NCBI GenBank assembly: GCA_051859245.1
Contig: JBHYGA010000004.1
Coordinates: 256,001 to 320,000 of the forward strand
Direction: 5' to 3'
DNA from: Gemmatimonadaceae bacterium
GTDB lineage: Bacteria; Gemmatimonadota; Gemmatimonadetes; Gemmatimonadales; Gemmatimonadaceae
DNA length: 64,000 nucleotides
The notes under the pieces are model-generated. The model was given only the letters and a program-made list of their open reading frames with translations, was not told the DNA's origin and made no database searches. This document shows positions 57,164 through 64,000 of the stretch, piece after piece; the first letter of the stretch is position 1; each line of letters begins with the position of its first letter. The position numbers were made by a program, and so were the translations under genes.

Positions 57164-58171
57164 TCAGTTCGGCAACGGCTTGAGACCGGCTTCAATCGCC
57201 GCACGACGCGGCTCAAGAAACGGCGGCAGTGCGAGTCGATCGCCGAGCGTGCGTGGATCTTCGTCGGCGGAGAAGCCCGGGCCATCGGTCGCCAGCTCGA
57301 ACAATGTACCGCCCGGCTCGCGGAAATAGAGCGACTCAAAGTAGTAGCGCTCAACGAGTCCGGAATTCGGCACACCCAGTGACGTGAGATGTGACAACCA
57401 CGCCTGCTGCGCCGAGTGATCGGTTACGCGGAACGCGACGTGATGTACTCCGCCAAAACCCTGTACCGCACGCGGCAGGTCGGAGCGTGGCAGCACATGC
57501 ACCTCGGCCGACGCGCCACCGGGTCCCATGGAATATACCGATATTTCGCGGGCCGCAGAATCCGGATCGGCATAACGCCCGGCCTCTGTCATGCCCATGA
57601 CCGCGGTCAGAAACCGCGCGGTTGGCTCCAGCGAGCGCACGTGCAACACAACGGGACCTAGTCCGAGAATGGCGTGTTCACGCGGCACCGGCGCCGTCTT
57701 CCACCATTCGCGCTCCGCCTGCTCCAGCTCGGCGGTGGCCGCATCGGCTGGCGCCGTCGCGTTGGCGTCAACAATCAGCGCAAAGGGTTGCCCCTCCGCA
57801 TCAGAAAAGCGCAACGCCGGTCGACCGGCGCGCGTGGTACGCCCACGAACGATCATGCGGCCGTCGGCACGCAAACGGGCTTCCCACCAGTCGAGCGTCG
57901 CCTCGGAGGGAATCCGCAGCCCGGTCTCTGCCACTTCGCCGGTACCCGGCTGGCGCTTGGGTACATGGCTCCACTCAAAGAATGTGAGCTCGGTGCCGGG
58001 ACGACCGATGGCGTCACCATAAAACAGGTGGTACGCGGACACGTCGTCCTGATTGACGGTGCGCTTGACGAGCCGCATACCCAGCACATCGCGCGCCATG
58101 CTCAGGTTGGCGCCCGCGCGGGCCGTGACTGCGGTGAGATGATGCAAACCGCCGAGGGCGGGAGCGTTCAT
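57164..58171 (-). CDS. VOC-family ring-cleaving dioxygenase (MhqO-like)
   Basis: GLHHLTA, VKRTVNQDD..YHLFY, GVHHVAFR, RYYFESLYFREPGG.LFELATDGPGF. Confidence 0.93.
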   Translation of the reverse strand: MNAPALGGLHHLTAVTARAGANLSMARDVLGMRLVKRTVNQDDVSAYHLFYGDAIGRPGTELTFFEWSHVPKRQPGTGEVAETGLRIPSEATLDWWEARLRADGRMIVRGRTTRAGRPALRFSDAEGQPFALIVDANATAPADAATAELEQAEREWWKTAPVPREHAILGLGPVVLHVRSLEPTARFLTAVMGMTEAGRYADPDSAAREISVYSMGPGGASAEVHVLPRSDLPRAVQGFGGVHHVAFRVTDHSAQQAWLSHLTSLGVPNSGLVERYYFESLYFREPGGTLFELATDGPGFSADEDPRTLGDRLALPPFLEPRRAAIEAGLKPLPN

Positions 58172-58192
58172 AAGTTTACTCCGAAAAGGGAT

Positions 58193-58212
58193 ATATCACA
58201 GTACTGAGATAT
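58193..58212. promoter_or_regulatory. Palindromic operator upstream of the dioxygenase gene
   Basis: ATATCACAGT-ACTGAGATAT, 9/10 palindrome in an AT-rich gap about 20 bp before the ATG. Confidence 0.65.
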
Positions 58213-58247
58213 TATCTCCAGAGCAAGGGTCATGATACCCTCGGCGC

Positions 58248-59288
58248 TCAGCAACCAGTCAGTGCACTTTCCCAGCGCACACGCCACGACGCACCCACCC
58301 GTTCCAGCAGAGCCAACGACGTGCCCGAACCATCGTCTCGGCCAACCACCAGCGTGATCCGCCGGCTACCACCCACCAGTCGAAATGCCGCCAGCGGTTC
58401 GCTGGCAATCACTTCTTCCTCCCGACCGCTGGCTCGCTCAAACCACACCGCGGTCCAGCTCTTCGGATTCGGGTTCACGGTGGATACTAGAATGAGCACG
58501 CGCTCCTCGAGCGGACGGTCCTCCTGCGGAATACGCCGCACCAGCACACCAACGGCAAAACCGTCGTTCGCAGCCGCGCTATCGCTCGCACTGGCCGAGC
58601 GATACGCACGCAGGACGGTAAACGGCAAGCCACGAAACGCGCTGCCGCTGTCTTCCTCAAGCGCCGAAGCCGCACGGGTGAGCGCCGCTGCCAGCACCGA
58701 CGAATCGCGTGATGGGAGCGCTTCAATCGAGTCAAGCGGAATGGCCGACACGCGTCCCGCTGGTAGAGCCACCAACCATCGAGCGCCAATCGGTACGCCG
58801 GGCGCCAACGCTACGCGCGCCATGGGCCACGTAGCGCATCCGTTTGCGGTGCTGGCCGTGGCCAAGGCCGCGTCTACCCGAACTATGCCGTCGCCCAACA
58901 GACCAGCGCGTGAGAACAGTTGTACCGCACCCGGACCCACGCGCTCGCGCAAACCTGTTGTGTCGCTTGGGATCGCGTCCGGCGCAATTAATGGACTCAG
59001 CAACGTGGCCAACTCTCGATCACTGGCCTCACCAACAACGGGCAGCAGCAGGATGTCTCCCAGTGCCGGATCATACGTGGACTCAAGTGTGGTGAGCTCA
59101 ACGCTGTCCATCGCCGTGTCCAAAACCGCCACGGAATCTGCTGCCGGCGTTTCCTCACGTGTCGCGTCGGAACAAGCCGCGACCGACACGCCGAGCGCTG
59201 CGGCGAGCGTTGCGCGCAGCAGCAGCGCACGAGACGACGGGAAAAATACACAACCTAGGCTGGACTTCGCGTGAGTAAGCACGGACAC
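58248..59288 (-). CDS. Hypothetical lipoprotein
   Basis: Hydrophobic stretch and VAAC lipobox; no recognisable family; start uncertain. Confidence 0.7.
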   Translation of the reverse strand: MSVLTHAKSSLGCVFFPSSRALLLRATLAAALGVSVAACSDATREETPAADSVAVLDTAMDSVELTTLESTYDPALGDILLLPVVGEASDRELATLLSPLIAPDAIPSDTTGLRERVGPGAVQLFSRAGLLGDGIVRVDAALATASTANGCATWPMARVALAPGVPIGARWLVALPAGRVSAIPLDSIEALPSRDSSVLAAALTRAASALEEDSGSAFRGLPFTVLRAYRSASASDSAAANDGFAVGVLVRRIPQEDRPLEERVLILVSTVNPNPKSWTAVWFERASGREEEVIASEPLAAFRLVGGSRRITLVVGRDDGSGTSLALLERVGASWRVRWESALTGC

Positions 59289-59358
59289 TAATCTGCTCGC
59301 AACAGCCCCTATTTGTTAGCGGCTCTCCATTACTGCACGTTACTTCAGCCCCTTTCCA

Positions 59359-60726
59359 ATGTCCGCTACTCCTGCGCCTAAGCGACGACTGCTTGAGACA
59401 CTGGGTCTTCATCGACCGGAGTTGCGCGCGTGGGCCATGTATGACTGGGGCATCTCTGCGGCACAAACCACGATCATGACGGCAGTCTTTCCGATCTTTT
59501 TTGTGTCGTACGCGGGCGCGGGCATGGCGGATACGAAAGCCACGGAAACGTGGGGCATTGCGAATACCGTAGGCGCCGTGCTGATCGCCATTCTCGCGCC
59601 ACTGCTCGGAGCCGTCGCCGACTACAAAGCGGCCAAGAAACGATTTCTCACGCTGTTCATGATTCTGGGTGTTGGCGCCACGATGAGCATGTTCTTCATC
59701 GGACAGGGGCAGATCATACTGGCGTCGGTGTTGTTCATTATCACGCTGGCTGGTGCCACGGGCAGCATGACGTTTTACGAAGCGCTGTTGCCGCACATTG
59801 CGTCGAGCGACGAAATCGATCGTGTATCAACAGCGGGATACGCCTTCGGATATGTGGGCGGCGGACTGTTGCTCGCGCTCAATCTGTTGTGGATTCAACA
59901 ACCGGGAATGTTCGGCCTGCCGAGCGGTGAAGGGCTTACGCCAGAGCAGGCGTCGTTGCCCGCACGTCTCGCGTTTGTGAGTGTTGGTGTGTGGTGGCTT
60001 TTGTTCTCGCTGCCCATTCTGCGTCGCGTGCCAGAACCGCAGCGCACACTCGAAGCCGACGAACAGCCAGGAGCCAGCGCCTTTCGCATTGCGTTCTCCC
60101 GTCTTGGCGAAACGGTGCGCGAACTGCGCGGATACAAACAGGCGTTTCTGATGATGCTGGCGTTTACCATCTACAACGATGGCATTCAAACCATTATCAA
60201 GATGGCCACCGTGTACGGCGCAGAAATCGGTATTGGCCAGAGTGATCTGATCACGGCCATTCTGTTGGTGCAATTCATTGGCATTCCCTGCGCCTTCGCA
60301 TTTGGCGCCATCGCCGGAAAAATTGGTGCCAAGCGCTCCGTGTTTATTGGTCTCACGGTGTACACGGGCATTTGCATTTTTGCGTACTTCATGAAGTCCG
60401 CACGCGAGTTCTACATTCTGGCCATTCTGGTGGGACTCGTGCAGGGCGGCACCCAGGCACTCAGTCGGTCCATGTTTGCCACGCTGATTCCCAAGCATAA
60501 AAGCGGCGAGTTCTTCGGATTTTTTTCCGTGTTTGAAAAGTTCGGTGGCATTCTCGGCCCACTCGTGTTCGCCGTCGTCATCAATCAGTTCCAGTCAAGT
60601 CAGTTGGCGATTCTCAGCGTGATCGTGTTCTTCATCGCCGGTGGCCTGCTGCTGCTCGGCGTTGATATGGAAGAAGGGGAGCGCACTGCCCGAGCGGCTG
60701 AGGCCAGCGTGCGCGCCGTGAGCTGA
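59359..60726 (+). CDS. MFS transporter, UMF1/ATG22-like
   Basis: AWAMYDW, APLLGAVAD, GYAFGYVGG, YNDG, GGTQALSRS, EFFGF. Confidence 0.92.
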   Translation: MSATPAPKRRLLETLGLHRPELRAWAMYDWGISAAQTTIMTAVFPIFFVSYAGAGMADTKATETWGIANTVGAVLIAILAPLLGAVADYKAAKKRFLTLFMILGVGATMSMFFIGQGQIILASVLFIITLAGATGSMTFYEALLPHIASSDEIDRVSTAGYAFGYVGGGLLLALNLLWIQQPGMFGLPSGEGLTPEQASLPARLAFVSVGVWWLLFSLPILRRVPEPQRTLEADEQPGASAFRIAFSRLGETVRELRGYKQAFLMMLAFTIYNDGIQTIIKMATVYGAEIGIGQSDLITAILLVQFIGIPCAFAFGAIAGKIGAKRSVFIGLTVYTGICIFAYFMKSAREFYILAILVGLVQGGTQALSRSMFATLIPKHKSGEFFGFFSVFEKFGGILGPLVFAVVINQFQSSQLAILSVIVFFIAGGLLLLGVDMEEGERTARAAEASVRAVS

Positions 60727-60729
60727 GTC

Positions 60730-62190
60730 GTGCTGCTCTACACTGTCTTTCGCCCACTCGCACGTATCGCACTCGGCTGGTACTACCGATCGGTGGAAGT
60801 CGTGGGGCTGGAGCGCATTCCAGCAACGGGTCCGGTTTTTCTGGCAGGCAATCATCCAAATGCGCTCATGGACGCACTGGTGATCGGCGTGCTCGTGCCA
60901 CGCCCTGTGCGCCTGCTTGCCAAATCCACGCTGTTCAAGAATCCAGTGCTCGGCGCCATGTTGCGCGCAGCCGGCGTGATACCACTGCATCGTGCCAAAG
61001 ACCTGGCACACGCCAACGCCGGCAACATAGATCCCTCACGAAACGCCGCTTCGTTTCGTGCCGTGGCCGACGCGCTCGCCGAGGGCAGCGCCGTTGTGAT
61101 CTTTCCCGAAGGCATCAGTCACGACGCACCGCAGCTTGCACCACTGCGCACCGGTCTCGCACGCATGGCGCTTGAAGCGCGCGACGTACACGGTGTCCGT
61201 GCGATCACGATTGTACCGGTGGGACTTGTGTTCGAAGCCAAGGAAACACCGCGCTCGCGGGTGCTGCTGCAAGTCGGTGAACCGATTCAAATGGATTCAC
61301 TCACGGATCAGGCATCCGCCGTTGCCGCGCTGACCGCAGAAATCGAGCAGCGGCTACGTGCGGTCACGCTGAACTTTCGATCCACAGAAGACGCCACGCG
61401 CATGATGTCGCTGGCGCAGGCCCTGTTTGCCCTGTTCGCGCCAGTCAAACGTATTGGTGCCGAAGTCGACTCACTGGCTGATGTGGTGCAACTCGTGCAG
61501 CGCGTGAATCGCGCCGCGTCTCGCATTACCGGCGAGTTTACGGTCGTGCACGCAACGACTCCAGAAATCGAAGCCTCCGCGAGTACGCGCAGCACGGCAA
61601 CGTACCGTATTGGCTCGCGCGACGTCGCGCTCACAACACGCATGCAGGCGTTCGAAAAACGACTCTCCGCGCTCAACGCGCAGCTCGCGCGCGAGCAGCT
61701 GGCGATCGAAGACATTGCGATTGATCCGGGCAGCGCAGCCGGTACACGATTCGCGTGGCGAGAGGGTGCGCTCGCACTCATTCGCGGACCGATTGGACTA
61801 TGGGGCCGAGTGAATCACTGGGTGCCCATTGCCCTCACACGCGTGATGGCACTTCGTGGTGTGCAGAGTCTCGACCAGCCCGCCATGCGCAGTGTGGTGT
61901 TTGGTCTGGTCCTGGTGCTCGGATTCTACGCGGTACAAACCGCGCTGGTCGCGTGGCTCACCGGCGGATGGTGGGCGCTTGCATACGCGGCGTCGCTCGT
62001 GCCGTCGGCGAGCAGCGACTTCCGGTTTGGCGACCGCACGCGCCGAGCACGTGAGCGAATGCGCGCCTATTTCACGTTCAGACGCAATGCCAAGCTGCAG
62101 CGGACGCTACGCTCCGAAGCAGATTGGCTGCGCACGGAAGCGCTTGCGCTGGAGCACGCGTTACATGAGGGCGCACCGGTGGCGCCCTGA
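60730..62190 (+). CDS. PlsC-type acyltransferase with C-terminal membrane region
   Basis: NHPNALMD (HX4D), IFPEGISH, LRTGLAR, VPVGL. Confidence 0.9.
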   Translation: MLLYTVFRPLARIALGWYYRSVEVVGLERIPATGPVFLAGNHPNALMDALVIGVLVPRPVRLLAKSTLFKNPVLGAMLRAAGVIPLHRAKDLAHANAGNIDPSRNAASFRAVADALAEGSAVVIFPEGISHDAPQLAPLRTGLARMALEARDVHGVRAITIVPVGLVFEAKETPRSRVLLQVGEPIQMDSLTDQASAVAALTAEIEQRLRAVTLNFRSTEDATRMMSLAQALFALFAPVKRIGAEVDSLADVVQLVQRVNRAASRITGEFTVVHATTPEIEASASTRSTATYRIGSRDVALTTRMQAFEKRLSALNAQLAREQLAIEDIAIDPGSAAGTRFAWREGALALIRGPIGLWGRVNHWVPIALTRVMALRGVQSLDQPAMRSVVFGLVLVLGFYAVQTALVAWLTGGWWALAYAASLVPSASSDFRFGDRTRRARERMRAYFTFRRNAKLQRTLRSEADWLRTEALALEHALHEGAPVAP

Positions 62191-62193
62191 GGG

Positions 62194-62601
62194 TCAGCGA
62201 ATCGCGCGACGCGAAGGCGGCAAGTACGGGCCACCGAGATCCCAATGCCAGGCGGCCCGGCGAACTCCGGTGCGCGGATCCTTGAGCGGCTTGTCCTGCA
62301 ACCGATCTGCCGGTATGCCAACAAACGCACCGTACGACAGCAGCAGGTCGCGATCGGTCGACACGAGATGCGCCATGGGACGACCCATCCACACGTGAAA
62401 GTGCAGCCACATGCCGCCGTCCATGGCGTACACCATGCCGTCGGCGCGGCGCGCGAACTCCCGAAGATCAAACGTATCGCGCGCGACCACCGTTCGATCC
62501 ACAATGCCGGCGATTTCGCGGGCCTCCGGTCGAGGCGGCGGTGTGCGACCCGGTAGTGCCGGCGGCAACTCGTCATGATCGTGCGCTGATCCATTGCTCA
62601 T
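62194..62601 (-). CDS. DUF4031-like protein
   Basis: AHLVST...L..YG..VGI...RLQ...HWDL pattern; start set to ATG 62601. Confidence 0.6.
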   Translation of the reverse strand: MSNGSAHDHDELPPALPGRTPPPRPEAREIAGIVDRTVVARDTFDLREFARRADGMVYAMDGGMWLHFHVWMGRPMAHLVSTDRDLLLSYGAFVGIPADRLQDKPLKDPRTGVRRAAWHWDLGGPYLPPSRRAIR

Positions 62602-62620
62602 GGCATGCAGCCAAATAGAG

Positions 62621-62662
62621 AACGCGCCGATCCGCAAGCGATGCTTCCGGACCCGGCGCGTT
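62621..62662 (-). terminator. Probable terminator downstream of the pilin gene
   Basis: AACGCGCCG...CGGCGCGTT stem followed on the minus strand by CTCTATTT. Confidence 0.55.
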
Positions 62663-62705
62663 TACTGACCGATGTGTTGTGCCCGGAGCACGGGCGTTCA
62701 CTACA

Positions 62706-63101
62706 TCAGTTGCAGTGCACTACACCTTCTGTCACAGCGGGCGCCACCGGCGCGGCGCTTCCATAGTAAACCGCGCAGGTGAGCGGGTCCGCTGCGGGAT
62801 GGGTCGCCGTAGCTGACCACCCTCCGACGCTTGCCTCAGTGATCGTAAGAATCACGCCGGGAGATCCCGCAAAGGCGATATCCGCCAGCACCGTGGTATA
62901 GGTCTCGTGCGTGTAGAAGTAGTCTTCCTGCTGGCTGGACAGATTCCGCAGGTCGCTCTTCATGGACGAGGCGTAGCTTCGACCCTTGGTCTCGTTGAAC
63001 TTCGGGATCGCGATCGCGGCCAGAATGCCAATAACGACGACCACGATCAGCAACTCGATCAGCGTGAATCCGCGCCGACCTTTCAACGCGCTTGTGCCCA
63101 T
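62706..63101 (-). CDS. Type IV pilin
   Basis: RRG|FTLIELLIVVVVIGILAAIAIPKF prepilin site with Glu5; two C-terminal Cys; GAGG RBS. Confidence 0.93.
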   Translation of the reverse strand: MGTSALKGRRGFTLIELLIVVVVIGILAAIAIPKFNETKGRSYASSMKSDLRNLSSQQEDYFYTHETYTTVLADIAFAGSPGVILTITEASVGGWSATATHPAADPLTCAVYYGSAAPVAPAVTEGVVHCN

Positions 63102-63184
63102 CGCACCACCTCAGGGGAAAGAACCTGCCGAGTCGTGACGGTGCGATGTATGCCCCGCCCATGCCGGCTGCTGCCATGGACAAG

Positions 63185-63230
63185 AGCAAGGGCGGTGCCG
63201 CGGTGTGCGAGAACCCGTAAATCTATGATT
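63185..63230 (-). promoter_or_regulatory. Sigma-54 promoter with adjacent IHF-like site upstream of the pilin
   Basis: Minus CGGCAC-CGCCC-TTGCT (63200-63185) fits the -24/-12 spacing; AATCATAGATTTA (63230-63218) is one mismatch from WATCAR-N4-TTR. Confidence 0.72.
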
Positions 63231-63330
63231 TACAATGTTTTAAAGTTTTCCACGCGTTTCACGTCTGTGATCTGAGCATCGCGAAGCCCACACGGTTCTG
63301 GCAAAACGCAAGACTGCTGCACACCTCGGC

Positions 63331-64000
63331 TCAGGCCTTGGAGGCCAGCCAATTGTCGCCAACGCCGATATCCACCACCAACGGCACGGCCAGCTGTGCA
63401 GCGCCCTCCATCTGCTCCTTGACCAGTGAGGACAGGGCGTCCACCTCGCCCGTTGGCACCTCGAAGACCAGTTCGTCGTGTACCTGGAGAAGCATGCGGG
63501 CAGCCAGCGGACCGGTAGCGAGGGCCTCGTGGATTCGCAGCATCGCAATCTTTATGAGATCGGCCGCTGAGCCCTGTATCGGCGCGTTGGCGGCGACGCG
63601 CTCGCCAAAGGCCCGCGTATTGAAGTTCCGGTCCTTGAGCTCCGGAATGAATCGACGGCGCTTGAAGATGGTCTCCACGTAGCCGCGCGCTTTGGCGTCC
63701 ACCACGCACTGCTCGAGAAACGCCTTCACACCCGCAAAGCGTTCGAAATACGTCTCGATGAACGCTTTGGCTTCTGACTGCGAAATCTTGAGCTGACGCG
63801 CGAGCGCAAATGCACCCTGCCCGTAAATCGTGGCAAAGTTGATGGTCTTGGCCCGCGCGCGCATGTCGCTGGTGACATCCGCGAGCTCCACGCCAAAGAT
63901 CACGGCAGCGGTTTGCTTGTGAATGTCACCACCGGCCAGGAACGCTTCCACAAATGCCGGATCGCCCGAGAGATGCGCAAGCAATCGCAGTTCAATCTGT
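63331..64000 (-). CDS. polA: DNA polymerase I, C-terminal part (runs off the window end)
   Basis: QIELRLLAHLS, DIHKQTA, RAKTINFATIYG, NAPIQGSAAD, LQVHDEL. Confidence 0.97.
   Translation of the reverse strand, partial: QIELRLLAHLSGDPAFVEAFLAGGDIHKQTAAVIFGVELADVTSDMRARAKTINFATIYGQGAFALARQLKISQSEAKAFIETYFERFAGVKAFLEQCVVDAKARGYVETIFKRRRFIPELKDRNFNTRAFGERVAANAPIQGSAADLIKIAMLRIHEALATGPLAARMLLQVHDELVFEVPTGEVDALSSLVKEQMEGAAQLAVPLVVDIGVGDNWLASKA

Overview
GC-rich bacterial chromosomal window; the gene repertoire (ECF sigma plus Ser/Thr kinase-TPR pair, BlaR1-TonB fusion, short type IV pilin) suggests Gemmatimonadota, which is an inference. Left to right: a Kdp K+ uptake locus (kdpE, N-terminally truncated kdpD, 42-aa membrane peptide, kdpABC, porin); an ECF/kinase module with a large CSLREA-type surface lipoprotein and two exported hydrolases; an uncharacterised three-gene operon (19534-25419); CoA transferase and esterase; a hipBA toxin-antitoxin pair; mnmG-SIMPL-parS-parA-parB with long palindromic elements; a nucleoside-type ABC operon containing a Nif3 gene, followed by selO; assorted enzymes; blaI and blaR1-TonB; a pilin with a sigma-54 promoter; and the 3' end of polA. 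The best candidate for an undescribed system is the three-gene operon: two paralogous lipase-like hydrolases flank a protein that fuses a catalytically degenerate CHAT/caspase-like domain to a Cys-His transglutaminase-like domain. The second highlight is a probable nested in-frame lipoprotein gene inside the BlaR1-TonB fusion. No rRNA, tRNA, CRISPR array, transposase or integrase was recognised. All family calls come from reading motifs, not from database searches; several start codons were moved downstream of the ORF-track starts.
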